Part shown: positions 8,409-20,200 of the stretch, one piece after another | How positions within the stretch are numbered: the stretch's first letter is position 1 | Layout of the letters: every line of letters begins with the position of its first letter | NCBI GenBank assembly: GCA_963790305.1 | Contig: CAWBOC010000010.1 | Location: 32,001-96,000, forward strand | Direction of reading: 5' to 3' | Length of the DNA: 64,000 bases | Origin: an uncultured Gemmatimonadaceae bacterium | Lineage (GTDB): Bacteria > Gemmatimonadota > Gemmatimonadetes > Gemmatimonadales > Gemmatimonadaceae | The notes under the pieces: model-generated | Databases searched by the model: none | Seen by the model: only the letters and a program-made list of their open reading frames with translations | What the model was told of the DNA's origin: nothing | Translations under genes and position numbers: made by a program

Positions 8409-10760
8409 ATGCTCGTTCCCCTCCTGTTGTTCGCGCAGCTGCAGACCGCCGCGAACATCGCACCGCCCGCCATCCATTCCGGACGAGACGATCGCACCGC
8501 CGTCCGCCCACCGCGCGCCGAGTTGTCGGTGTCGATCGACGGCGTGCTGGACGAGCCGGTATGGGCGCAGGCCGTCGTGCTGTCTGGCTTCTCGCAGTTC
8601 GCTCCCGTCGACGGCGTCCCGGCCAACGACTCCACGCAGGTCCTCGTGTGGTACTCGCCGACGGCGATCCATTTCGGCATTCGCGCGTTCGAGGCGCATG
8701 GAGCGGTACACGCCACGCTCGCCGATCGCGACCGCATCTTCGCCGACGACCACGTCCAGATCCTCCTCGGCACCTTCGACGACGGTCGTCAGGCCACCGT
8801 GTTCGCCGTGAATCCGCTGGGGGTGCAAGCGGACGGCGCTCTCGTCGAGCAAGGTGGGACACGAGCGGGCTCGTTCAGCGCCGCGCAGGTGGCGCGCGAG
8901 AGCGCGGACCTCAATCCGGACTTCGTATTCCAGTCCAAGGGACGCGTGACCGAGCAGGGCTACGAGATCGAGATCCGCATCCCGTTCAAGACGCTGCGCT
9001 ACCAGTCGCGTCCGGAGCAGCGGTGGGGACTGCATATCCTGCGACGGGTCCAGCACTCCGGATACGAGGACTCGTGGGTTCCGGCGAAGCGTGACGCGGC
9101 CTCCTTTCTGGCGCAGTCGGGCCACATCGAGGGACTCACTGGCCTTCGCCGCGGACTCGTGCTCGATGTGAATCCGGAAGTGACGGCGCGCACCGTTGGC
9201 GGCCGTGCGTCAGACGGGACGTGGGGCTCCGACACGGAGAATCCAGAGCTCGGCGGCAATGTGCGGTGGGGTATCACGAACAACCTGACGATGAACGGGA
9301 CCGTCAATCCCGACTTCTCCCAGATCGAGGCGGACGCCGGGCAGCTCGCTTTCGACCCACGCGCGGCGCTCTTCTTCTCCGAGAAGCGGCCGTTCTTTCT
9401 CGATGGAAGCGAGCAATTCAGGACGCCGAGCAACCTCATCTACACGCGCCGCATCGTGCAGCCGTTAGGTGCGGTGAAGCTGGCGGGCAAGCTATCCGGG
9501 ACCGACATCGCGTTTCTCACCGCGGTCGACGACGATCTGCCCACGACCAACGGTCACCGCCCGCGCTTCGTCATTGGGCGCGTGCAGCGCGACGTGGGCG
9601 CGCAGTCGCGAGTCGGGCTCGCGTACACGGATCGCGGCGTCGGTGACGAATGGAATCGCGTCGCCAACGCCGACGCGCGTGTCGTCTTCGGAAAGATCTA
9701 CGATGCGCGCGTCCAATGGGCGCACAGCTTCACCAACGAGCGCGGGCGCGAATGGAACGCGCCGCTGTGGGACGCCCGCTTCGCCCGCAACGGACGGCGG
9801 TTCGGCATTCGCTACAGCATCAACGCCATCGATCCCGAGTTCGTCACGCGCAGCGGGTTCATCTCGCGGCCCGGGATCACCAACGCGGGATTCTCGCATC
9901 GCCTCACCACCTTCGGAGCGCGAGGCTCGCTCGTCGAGACCTTCAGCACCGAGCTGAATCTGCTGGGCACCTGGCAGTATGACGTCTTCACGCGCGGCGG
10001 CGATGCGCAGGACAAGAAAGCGCATCTCAACACGACGACCACGTTCCGCGGAGGGTGGTCGCTCGGCGCCTCGCTGCTCGTCGAAACGTTCGGATACGAT
10101 CCTGGCCTGTATTCTGGCATTCTCATCGAGGCACCGAGGCCGGCCGGCGGCGTCGACACGATTCCGTTCACCGGCACTCCCGATCTTCCGAATCTCGACT
10201 ACGTCCTCACGATTGGCACGCCCGAATGGAAGCGCGGATCGGCAAGCCTCTTCGTCGTATGGGGGAAGGACGAGAATTTCGACGAATGGTCCTCCGCCGA
10301 CATCCTCATCGGGACGCTGGAGGGCGATTGGCGGCCCACCGAGAAGATGCGCGTGAACGCGACGTACAACATGCAGAAGTACAACCGCCGCACCGATGGC
10401 AGCACGGTGCGCGTCCGTCGCATTCCCAGGCTCAAGCTCGAGTACCAGATCGCGCGCCCGCTGTTCGTGCGATTGGTCGGTGAATACGACGCTGAGGACG
10501 TTGACGCGCTGCGCGATGACTCGCGCACCAACGGCGTGCTGTTGATCCCGAACGGCGACGGGACCTACTCGCCGTCCCAGCCCTCCTCGGCCAACGTCTT
10601 CCGCGGCGATTTCCTGTTCTCCTACCAGCCGCTGCCCGGAACGGTGGTCTTCGCGGGTTATGGAAGCGTCATGGACGAGCCCTTGGCCTTCCGCTTCGGG
10701 GACCTCGAGCGGCGGACGGACGGGTTTTTCATCAAGGCGTCGTATTTGTTCCGGCTGTAG
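8409..10760 (+). CDS. CBM9-like + DUF5916 outer-membrane protein
   Basis: IDGVLDEPVW, FAVNPLGVQAD, TVNPDFSQIEAD, EKRPFFL, YTRRI, C-terminal FFIKASYLFRL. Confidence 0.88.
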   Translation: MLVPLLLFAQLQTAANIAPPAIHSGRDDRTAVRPPRAELSVSIDGVLDEPVWAQAVVLSGFSQFAPVDGVPANDSTQVLVWYSPTAIHFGIRAFEAHGAVHATLADRDRIFADDHVQILLGTFDDGRQATVFAVNPLGVQADGALVEQGGTRAGSFSAAQVARESADLNPDFVFQSKGRVTEQGYEIEIRIPFKTLRYQSRPEQRWGLHILRRVQHSGYEDSWVPAKRDAASFLAQSGHIEGLTGLRRGLVLDVNPEVTARTVGGRASDGTWGSDTENPELGGNVRWGITNNLTMNGTVNPDFSQIEADAGQLAFDPRAALFFSEKRPFFLDGSEQFRTPSNLIYTRRIVQPLGAVKLAGKLSGTDIAFLTAVDDDLPTTNGHRPRFVIGRVQRDVGAQSRVGLAYTDRGVGDEWNRVANADARVVFGKIYDARVQWAHSFTNERGREWNAPLWDARFARNGRRFGIRYSINAIDPEFVTRSGFISRPGITNAGFSHRLTTFGARGSLVETFSTELNLLGTWQYDVFTRGGDAQDKKAHLNTTTTFRGGWSLGASLLVETFGYDPGLYSGILIEAPRPAGGVDTIPFTGTPDLPNLDYVLTIGTPEWKRGSASLFVVWGKDENFDEWSSADILIGTLEGDWRPTEKMRVNATYNMQKYNRRTDGSTVRVRRIPRLKLEYQIARPLFVRLVGEYDAEDVDALRDDSRTNGVLLIPNGDGTYSPSQPSSANVFRGDFLFSYQPLPGTVVFAGYGSVMDEPLAFRFGDLERRTDGFFIKASYLFRL

Positions 10761-10762
10761 CT

Positions 10763-10892
10763 TAGGGGTCAGGGGTCAGGAGTCAGGGATCAGGGGGTGT
10801 CGGGGTAGAGGTTCGAGGAGAACGGCTTTGCACTCTCCTGAAACCTTCGCCCTGACACCCCCTGATCCCTGACCCCTGACTCCTGACCCCTA
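10763..10892. repeat. Tandem-arm hairpin element, 7-mer family C (GGGGTCA / TGACCCC), ~58-bp imperfect stem
   Basis: TAGGGGTCAGGGGTCAGGAGTCAGGGATCAGGGGGTGTC ... GACACCCCCTGATCCCTGACCCCTGACTCCTGACCCCTA. Confidence 0.92.
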
Positions 10893-10952
10893 GGCTGTAC
10901 GAATTCCGTAAGCCCTATTGCTCCCCACGCGCGGGCACCCGACCCTTTACAA

Positions 10953-12707
10953 GTGTCCATCTTCAGACTCCGCCATTCGTTACGGGCTCAGCCGCGGTCC
11001 GCGATCACCGTCGCGCTCCTGCTGTTCGCGCTCGTCCTGACCGCGCTGCTCGCGCAACAGGCGCAGGTGGCGGCGGCCTCGCATCGGAAGACGGCCGAGC
11101 AGGCGCTCCTCGATTACGCATCGCTCGCGGCCTGGGAGTTTACGCGCCACGCCGAGGCGGACGTCCAGGCGACGCTCATGTCCGCCTTCGTTCCCTCGCT
11201 GCTTCGCCTCCCCGACGGCGATCCAACGAAAGGCCAGATCACACCGGAGAACCTTGCCAAGGCCGCGATGTGGCGCACGCAGTTCTGCGCGTGCATGGAT
11301 TCGGCGCGGTTCTTCTTCCGCTACGACTTCCGGGATTCGACGCTGGCCACGAGCGGGTTCGTGGTGTCGACCGAGCTGGCAGCATGGGTGCGCGACACCA
11401 TTGCCGGTCATTTCACGGCGACCGAGGTCGCTGGCGAGCCCGTGCGAACCGTGTACGGCTCGGTGGATGGACGCACGGAGATGTCGATCGTCCTCACCAA
11501 CGACGCCTACATCACGATCGTGGCGCGCTCGGCTGGCGCTCTGCGGCTGCTCGGATATGTCCTGACGCGCGACATGGAGGGACATCCGGTCGCCGCCTAC
11601 GGGTTCGAGAGCGATCCGGCGCATTTCACCAAACCGATTTTTGGCGAGATCGTCGCGCGTCAGGTGCTTCTGCCACCGTCGCTGCTGAAGGGGCTGCGCG
11701 GTGATTCCGTGCTCTCGATCGCGGTCCACGACCCGGCGGGCGAGGAGATCTACCGTTCCTCGGCGCGCTTTGCGCCTCGTTATGCGCGGGAAGACACCCT
11801 CGACGGGCGCTTCGGCAGCCTGCACGTGCGGGTCGCGATTCGCCCCGAGCTGGCCGGACAGCTCGTCGTCGGTGGCCTGCCGAGCTCGCGAATGCCGATG
11901 CTGCTCGCCCTGTTCATTCTCACGTCCGGTCTGCTGTTGATCGCGCTACTCAATCTCCGTCGTCAGCAGGAGCTGGCGCGACTGCGCACGGATTTCGTGT
12001 CGAGCGTCTCGCACGAGCTACGAACGCCGCTGGCGCAGATCCGCCTGTTCGCAGAGCTCCTCACGATGGACAAGCTGCGCTCCGACGATGAGCGGCGTCG
12101 CTCGGCGCGGATCATCGATCAGGAAGCGCGGCGTCTGACCTATCTGGTGGAGAACGTGCTCAACTTCGCCAGATCGGAGCGTCGCGCGAACCGCCTGCGA
12201 CTGGAGGACACCGAGGTCGCTCGCGAGATCAGCGACGTGCTCGACACCTTCGCGCCGCTCACGCGCGCGAAAGACGTGACATTGCACGCCGAGCTCACCG
12301 ATGGTCTGGTGGCGAGCGTCGATCGTTCCGCGCTGCATCAGATCCTGCTCAATCTGCTGGACAATGCGGTGAAATACGGCCCTGCCGGCCAGACGATCAC
12401 CGTGCGCGCGCGCGCAGCGGCCGATCGCCTGCTCATCGAAGTCATCGACGAGGGCGCCGGAATTCCCGCTGAGGAGCGTGAACGAATCTGGGAGCCGTAC
12501 CATCGGCTCGAGCGCGATGCGAAGTCGGTGGCCGGCAGCGGCATTGGCCTCGCCGTCGCGCGCGAGCTCGTCGATCTGCATGGAGGTCGCGCCTGGGTCG
12601 AGGATGCTCGCCCTCGCGGTGCGCGATTCATCGTCGCGCTGCCTCTCGCTGGTACCGTGGCGACGCCGTCACGTGAACCTGCGCCCGCTGAACCCGTGTC
12701 CATCTGA
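10953..12707 (+). CDS. Membrane sensor histidine kinase
   Basis: Two TM segments around a periplasmic domain; H-box [30 protein letters not shown]. Confidence 0.93.
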   Translation: MSIFRLRHSLRAQPRSAITVALLLFALVLTALLAQQAQVAAASHRKTAEQALLDYASLAAWEFTRHAEADVQATLMSAFVPSLLRLPDGDPTKGQITPENLAKAAMWRTQFCACMDSARFFFRYDFRDSTLATSGFVVSTELAAWVRDTIAGHFTATEVAGEPVRTVYGSVDGRTEMSIVLTNDAYITIVARSAGALRLLGYVLTRDMEGHPVAAYGFESDPAHFTKPIFGEIVARQVLLPPSLLKGLRGDSVLSIAVHDPAGEEIYRSSARFAPRYAREDTLDGRFGSLHVRVAIRPELAGQLVVGGLPSSRMPMLLALFILTSGLLLIALLNLRRQQELARLRTDFVSSVSHELRTPLAQIRLFAELLTMDKLRSDDERRRSARIIDQEARRLTYLVENVLNFARSERRANRLRLEDTEVAREISDVLDTFAPLTRAKDVTLHAELTDGLVASVDRSALHQILLNLLDNAVKYGPAGQTITVRARAAADRLLIEVIDEGAGIPAEERERIWEPYHRLERDAKSVAGSGIGLAVARELVDLHGGRAWVEDARPRGARFIVALPLAGTVATPSREPAPAEPVSI

Positions 12708-12710
12708 CCT

Positions 12711-13394
12711 ATGACGCAGATCCTCATCGTCGAAGACAACGCGGACCTGGCGTTCGGACTCAGTACGAGTCTCGAGGTAGAAGGCTATGAGGTTGCCGTC
12801 GCCAACGACGGACCGACGGGGCTCACCGCCGCGCGCGACCGCAACCCCGACGTCATCATTCTCGACCTGATGCTTCCGGGGCTCGACGGCTACCGCGTGC
12901 TGCGGACACTGCGCGAGGAAGGCCGCGAGATGCCGGTGCTCATCCTCACCGCGCGCGGCGAGGAAGCCGACAAGGTGCTCGGCTTCCGCCTCGGTGCCGA
13001 CGATTACGTGACGAAGCCCGTTGGCGTGCTCGAGCTGTTGGCGCGCGTGAACGCGCTGCTCCGCCGCGCGCGGGCACCCGAGAAGAAGGAGACGACGAAC
13101 GAGAAGTTTGGCAGCGTGGAGATCATTCCGTCGTCGCGTACCGTTCTCCGGAACGGCTCCCAGGTGGCGCTGACTCCCAAGGAGTTCGACCTTCTGCTCG
13201 CTCTGGTTCGGCGTCGGGGCGCGGTCGCCTCACGATTCGAGCTGCTCAAGGAGGTCTGGGGGCACCGGACGGCCGTCATGACGCGCACGGTGGATATCCA
13301 CATCCGTGAGCTCCGTCGCAAGCTGGAGGACAATCCCGCCGAGCCGCGGCACATCCTGACGGTGTGGAAGGCAGGGTATCGGCTGGAGGCCTGA
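12711..13394 (+). CDS. OmpR/PhoB family response regulator
   Basis: IVEDN, LDLMLP, LTAR, GADDYVTKP; wHTH LTPKEFDLL...RTVDIHI..LRRKLE. Confidence 0.95.
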   Translation: MTQILIVEDNADLAFGLSTSLEVEGYEVAVANDGPTGLTAARDRNPDVIILDLMLPGLDGYRVLRTLREEGREMPVLILTARGEEADKVLGFRLGADDYVTKPVGVLELLARVNALLRRARAPEKKETTNEKFGSVEIIPSSRTVLRNGSQVALTPKEFDLLLALVRRRGAVASRFELLKEVWGHRTAVMTRTVDIHIRELRRKLEDNPAEPRHILTVWKAGYRLEA

Positions 13395-13405
13395 AGGGCT
13401 AAAGG

Positions 13406-13472
13406 CTGCGAACGGCGAGCTGCGAACTGGAGCCGACTTGTTTGGCTTTGGTTCGCAGTTCGCCGTTCGCAG
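13406..13472. repeat. Tandem-arm hairpin element, 7-mer family D (CTGCGAA / TTCGCAG)
   Basis: CTGCGAACGGCGAGCTGCGAAC ... GTTCGCAGTTCGCCGTTCGCAG. Confidence 0.88.
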
Positions 13473-13560
13473 TCGTTTCTTTACACTTCCGTCATGCCAT
13501 GAAGCAAACCCTCCTTCACTCTCGTAGTGTCGAACCACGAGGAAACCAGAGAGTGACGTC

Positions 13561-14138
13561 ATGGCCATCGCATTCACGGAGTACTCGTTGCGACGTGCGA
13601 ACGACGAGTCATCCAACGGAAATCGTCAGCCCGGAGCCGCGTCGGTGCTGCCCTTCACCTCGTCCCTCGATCGAGCCTCTCAAGCCCCGCTCGTAAGGTT
13701 CGCCCTTACGTTGAATGAGCTCGAGCTCCATCGCGTGGTTCAGCTGCTTCAGCGGGGCGGTGTCGATATCTCCCGTGCGAACGTCGAAGAGGTGCGCGAG
13801 ACTCCTTCAGGCGCCGAATTGCCGCGTGAGGACATGCCTCTGCCCTGAGCTTCGGCGCGATCGAGGTGAACCTCGGCGCCCGTACCGTTCGGCGCGACGG
13901 CGTCGATGTGCACCTCGCCCCGAAGGAATTCGATCTGCTCGTCGCGCTGCTCCGCCGCGAAGGCGCCGCCGCCTCGCGCGAAGAGCTGGCGCATGAAGTA
14001 TGGGGCAGCGAGGTGGCGGCCTCCGGGCGCACCATCGATACGCACGTGTGTGCGCTGCGCCGGAAGCTGGAGGAAGATCAGCGGCGCCCGCGTCACATCC
14101 GAGTGGTCTCCAAGGTGGGGTATCGGCTCGAGCGGTAG
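13561..14138 (+). CDS. Receiver-less OmpR-type winged-helix protein, apparent frameshift at ~13845
   Basis: 95-aa unrecognised N-terminal part joins LSFGAIEVNLGARTV...PKEFDLL...RTIDTHV..LRRKLE...GYRLE if one C is added at CTGCCCTGAGC. Confidence 0.7.
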
Positions 14139-14149
14139 AGCGACCAACA

Positions 14150-14238
14150 ACTGCGAACTGCGTACTCCGAACCAAAACCCTCGGGAAGCTACCGCCGCCA
14201 CTGGTAGCCTCCCGAGGGTTTAGTTCGCAGTTCGCAGT
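14150..14238. repeat. Family D element enclosing a ~19-bp inner inverted repeat (possible bidirectional terminator)
   Basis: ACTGCGAACTGCG..AAAACCCTCGGGAAGCTACC-9nt-GGTAGCCTCCCGAGGGTTT..AGTTCGCAGTTCGCAGT; convergent junction. Confidence 0.88.
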
Positions 14239-14243
14239 CGCCT

Positions 14244-17200
14244 CTAGCTCCGAGCGATCTCGACGATCACCATGTGCGGCTGACCGTCATCGATGAGTGG
14301 AATGCCGCCGACGCCGACGGTTCGACCATCGGCTGTGATGCGCGTCGCCTCACGAGGAGCACCGTGCGTGATCCTCACGTCGATCGTGTACTGACTGGAC
14401 CCATACCGGTACTCGATGGTGAATCCCGGCCACTCACTCGGCACGCTCGGATCGATTATCACTGTCTCGCCAGTCTTGCGGAAGCCGAGGATCGCTTCGA
14501 GCGCGACCCGATACATCCAGCTCGCCGAGCCCGTGTACCAGGTCCAACCCCCGCGGCCGACGTGTCCCTCGGCGGTGTAGACGTCTGCCGCCACGACATA
14601 GGGCTCGACCTTGTACGTCTCCACCCCGACAGCGTCGCTCGTGTGCGAGAGCGGATTGATCATCTGCCAGAGCGCGAGCGAACGCTCATCATTGCCCATC
14701 ATCGCCGTTGCCAGCACGACCCACAGCGCGGCATGTGTGTACTGCGCCCCGTTCTCGCGCACGCCGGGGAGGTATCCCTTGATGTAGCCGGGATCGTTGG
14801 GTGTCTTGTCGAACGCCGGGGTCAGCAGCTTGATGATGCCGTGCTGGTTGTCGACGAGATGCGTCTCCAGCGACGACATTGCCGTGCGCGCACGGTCAGG
14901 ATCGGCGGCACCGGAGATCACCCCCCACGTCTGTGCCAGCGAATCGATCTTGCACTCGTCGTTCGCGTGCGATCCCAGCGGCGTGCCGTCGTCGAAGTAC
15001 GCCCGGCGATACCATTCACCATCCCAGGATGTCTCCTCCACCGCGGCGACGTACTCCTTCGCGGTGGACTCGAGCCATTCCCATACTCCCGCGTGACCGC
15101 GCTCTCGCGCATACCCGGCGAACGACCGCATGATCGTGGCGAGGAACCATCCCATCCACACACTCTCGCCCTTGCCCTCGATCCCGACGCGGTTCATGCC
15201 ATCGTTCCAGTCGCCGATCCCGATCAGTGGGAGCCCGTGATCACCCTTCGTCGCCGCGCGGCGCAGCGCGCGCAAGCAGTGCTCGTAGACGGTCGCGTGC
15301 TCCGATGACACGCGCGGCAGATCGAACACTTCGTGCTCGTCAGGCGCGAGCGGCCGCATCTCGAGGAAGGGGACGCTCTCATCGAGCACGCTGGCATCGC
15401 CCGTGACGCGCACGTAGTGGTCGACGACGAGCGGAAGCCAGGCAAGGTCGTCCGAGAAGCGCGTGCGAATCCCGCGTCCCTCGGGTGGGTGCCACCAATG
15501 CTGCACATCGCCTTCGACGAATTGGCGCGACGTGGCGCGGAGAATGTGCGCGCGCGCAATCGCGGGCTCGGCGTAGACGAGCGCCATCACGTCCTGGAGC
15601 TGATCCCGGAAGCCGTACGCACCACTCGACTGATAGACGGCCGATCGTCCCCAGATCCGGCACGCGAGCGCCTGATAGAGGAGCCACCGGTTCACCATGA
15701 CATCGAAGCCGGGATCCGGCGTCTTCACGACCACCGCCGAGAGCAATCGGTCCCACGAGGCCACCTGACGGTCGAGCTCCGCCGTTGCTTGCTGCGGAGT
15801 GCGATGACGACCCAGCAACTCTCGAACGCTCGCCTCGCCATGATCGGCACCGAGCAGGGCGATGATCTCACGCGTCTCGCCGGGCTTGAGGTCCACCACG
15901 CATTGAAGCGCCGCGCACGGATCGAGGGCCGGGCCGGCCGCTTCATGCAGCAGGGAACCGGGCTCGCGCAGCGCCGCCGGATCGCTGGCGTCGCCATGGC
16001 GACCCAGGAATTCGCGGCGATCCGCCGTCCACGTATGCACGCGCTCGCTCAGCGCCGCGAACGCCACCATCCCCGCGAACGGGGCATCGGTCGTGTTGCG
16101 AGCGAGAATGGCGCCGAGCTTCCGATCGTAATCGGTCACCACCTGATGCTGGGTGTGCTCCCGCAGGACGCCGAGCGTCCACTCGGCGAAGTAGGTGACC
16201 GTTAGGCGCTTCTTCTTGCGCCCGCGATTGGTGAGACGCAGGCGCGTGATCTTCACCGGATCACGCTCGGCCACGCCCACGTGCAGGACGGACTCGATAT
16301 CGCGGTGGAGATGCTGAAAGGTGCTGAAGCCGGCGCCGTGCGTCACCACGTACTCGGTCTCGTGACGAATGGGCGTCGGCGTCGGCGTCCAGAGCGTACC
16401 GCTGTCCTCCTCGCGGAGGTAGAGGACCTCGCCCGGAGGATCGGTCACCGGGTCGTTGTACCACGGCGTGAGACGGAAGTACTGCGAATTGTCCACCCAC
16501 GCGCAGCCCGCACCGGCCTCGGTGATGTAGAACCCTGCTCGCTCGTTGGCGACCACGTTCGCCCACGGGGCCGGAGGAAGCGCATCCCCGCGCAGGGTCA
16601 TGCGGTAGTTGCCCTTGTCGTCGAAATGGTGCTCGAGCGGGGTCGGCGCTTGCAGGGCCTTCTGGATAGGGCGTTCGGCGTAGGCCGCCCGCTCCGATCG
16701 GGCGACCGACGTCCCGCGCAGCCCGGTCTCCGGGAGGTCCAGCACGCTGTCGAGACGAGTGCCGTCGCAGCGCACGTGCACGCGTGCGACCCCACGGACC
16801 ACTGCCCAGTCCTCTTCGCTGATCAGATCGCGACGGCGGATGTGAACGCCTCCGGCTCGGTCGAGGAGGCCCGCCTCGGGCGATGACATCACCGTCGTCG
16901 TGATGGCATCGTTGAGCTCCTGCAGGTAGGAGGCAGGCCGCGTGTTGACCAGCACGAGGTCGAACGTCATTCCCTTGAGCCGGAGGTACTGGTGCGCATC
17001 GAGCAGCTGCCTAACGGTCGGCAGGCCCTCCGGTGCCTCGATGAGCGCGAGGAGGATCGGCCAGTCTCCCGACAGTCCCATCGCCCAGAGCGTCTGGAGC
17101 GAGCCCTTCGACGTCGTGGTGCCCGGGGGCGACGGTCGCAGCGCGGGGTGGCCGTGCAGGAGATGGCCGGCCAACTCCTGGTAGAGCGCGGCATCGGCGG

Positions 17201-20200
17201 GGGTGATGCCGAGGTCGCGCAGCTCGACCTGCGTGCGGGTCCAGGAGAGGTCCAGGGCGCGCTGCGCCGCGTACGGTTCATCGTATCGATCCACCAGCTC
17301 GATGGCGCGCTCGCGACTGTCCGCCATCAGTGTGGTGAACGCCACACGCGCCGAGCCGCCGGCGGGAATCGTGACGCGCACGCGCAACGCGAAGATGGGA
17401 TCGAGCACGGCCCCGGTGGTGTTCGACAGAGGCCCCGGCGCCTCGAGCGCAGCGGGGACGCGTGGGGTGCGGCCTCGGCCCAGGAATCGCGCGCGATCGG
17501 TCTCGCAGCTGATCGCGGAGCGCAGGTGTGACTCGACGGCGAGGACGTGCGCTCCCCAGAGCGGCTTCTCCGTGGAGCCTCGCGGGCGCCGGCTCGCCAG
17601 GATCGCGGAGTGCTCGGGACGCCATTCCGTCTGCACGAACAGATTCGCGAACGCGGGATGCGCGCGGTCGCCCACGATCGATCCGATCACGACTTCGGAG
17701 TAGCTCGTGAGCTCCACCTGGCGTTCCTCGCCGGACCGATTGGTGACGATCACGCGACGCACTTCCGCGCCGTCGTCGGGCACGACCGCGATCTCGGTGG
17801 TCGTCTCGAGATCGCCATCCTGCCGGTGGAACACCACGCGATCGAGCGCGAACACCACGTTGTAACTGTCAGCCGGGGCGGCGAGTGGCTGGTGGCCCAC
17901 CGACCAGGTGAGGTCCGAGGCGAGATCGCGCACGTAACAGAATTGCCCGTAGTTATCGCGCGTCCCATCGTTGCGCCACCGCGTGACGGCGAGACCGTTG
18001 GCGCGCGAATAGCCGCACCCCGCCGCGGTGATCATGATCGCGTACGGCACGTTGCCGAGCAGCGCGATGCGCGGCTGCGGCGTGTCGGGAGAGGTGAACT
18101 CTCGCACGGCGGGCCGCTCGGATTCGCCCGGTGTTCGCACGCCCTCGACTTGCGGCTGCTGTGCCTCCTGCCAAACGAATCGACGTGGGATGCGCTCGAA
18201 GAGCAGCAGCTCGGCGGCGCGCACCATGGGGTCACGGTGGAAACGCTGCTGCCACCGGAGGTGTGTCAGCATGTTGGTCAACGACGCCAGGCCCATTCCC
18301 AAATGATGCGCCATGAAGGCATGGACGACGCCAAAGCGGCCACCTTCCGGGCGCGTCCAATCGAGTGCGTCACGGAAGCCGAAGCTGCCGAGCGCGCCGA
18401 GCTCCTCGAGCGCCGCCGCGTTGCGGAGGGCGGCATGGGGCTCCACATGCATCGCGAGCAGCGAGGCGTAGGGCGCGACGACGAGATCTTTCGCCAGACC
18501 TCGTTTGAGCGCGAGGTCGGGAACGCCGAAGGCGCGGTACTGGTACGTGCCGATCCGATCTCGCAGGTTGTACGCCGATTCGGAGATGCCCCAGGGTACG
18601 CCGCGCTCGTGTGCGTACGTCATGTGGCGGCGCACCGCGCCCTGGTACGTCTGATCGAGCAACGTGAAGGGATACGAGCGCATGACGAGCAGCGGCATGA
18701 GATACTCGAACATGCTCCCGCTCCAGGACACGAGCGCCGTCGCGCCAGACCGCCGCGTGAGGGTGCGCCCCAGCCGGAACCAATGTTCGACGGGCACGTC
18801 GTTCTTGGCAATGGCGATGAAGCTGGCGAGCCTGGCCTCCGATGCGAGGAGATCGTAGAACGAGTTGTCGAGACCGCCGCGCGATACGTCATACCCGATC
18901 GAGAACAGCTTCCGGCGGTTGTCGAAGAGAAACCGGAAGTCCATCTCCATCGCGTAGTCGTGGGCCCGGTTGGCCAGCACGCCGAGACGCCCGACTTGCT
19001 CGGAGAGGAACGCGGAGTCAGGCGCGACGGTTCGAATCGGCGCTCTCATCGATGATGGCTTCGCGTCGAGTGCCACGAGCTCCGCGCGGTGGCGCTCGGC
19101 GAGGGCGGTTGCCCAATCGAGCCATGCGACCGCTTTCGACAGCGTCTCACGCGATGCGCCCGCCCGGCGTAGCGCGTCCGCCGTTTCGCGAGTCTCCCTA
19201 ACGACGCGCTCCAGCAGCGGCAACGGAGCGTCCGCCGTCGCTTCCTTGGCGATCGTCGCGCGAAGGGCGCGTGCCCACCGAGTGGCATCGGTTACGGCGC
19301 GCCATGCGACCGGATCTCCAACGCGTCCGGCAGACAAGGGCTCCTTGGCGGCGTCTTCGGCAAGCATCAACGCAGCCTGCAGCGCTTCATGCACGCGCGT
19401 ATCGACGATCGGCTCGTCCGAGACGTGGAGACAGGCCTGCTTCAGCGCCAACATGCATCCGGCGAGATTGCCACTGTCGACGGTGGAGACGTAGGCAGGC
19501 TCGAGGACGCGAAGGTCGGTCAGCTCATACCAGTTGTAGAAGTGACCACGGAACCGACGCATACGCTCGAGCGAGCGGAACGTGCCTTCCAGGCCGTCGA
19601 TCATCTCGCTGCGCGTGATGAAGCCCAGGTCGTACGCACTGACGATCGAGAGCAGCTGCAAGCCCGATGTTCGTCGGCGACGTGCGTTTGGCGACGACGG
19701 GCTCCGGATCCTCCTGAAAATTGTCCGGCGCGAGCCAGTGCGTCGCCTCGGTGACGAACCGCTCGAAGAACCGCCAATGGAGGAGCGCGTATCGCATCGA
19801 CTGTGAGCGCTCCTCGGCGCTCAGACGCAGCTCGCGCCGTACGGCGGGAGCACTGGACGCATGCGCCACGTGCGGTGCGCCGATCCATCCCGCCACGAGC
19901 GGAACGGTACAGACGAGGAACAGCAGCCACGCGCCTGCGCTGCCGCCGGCGCGGGCGCCGGCGAACGACGGTACGTACGGCGGCATTCCGACGGCCGCGA
20001 TTGCCAGCACGAGCGCGCTGACCATCACCGCGATGGCAACTGCCGAGGCCATGCGCTTCCAGACTTCGAGGCTGGCGCGGGAGGTCGAGCGCTCGGTCTG
20101 TGACGCTGTCTGCCACTCGAGCAGGTTGCGGCGGGAGATGAGCAGTCGCCACAACGTGCGGGCGATCGCGTCGGCCGAGACGCCCGCCTGGTGCGGAAGG

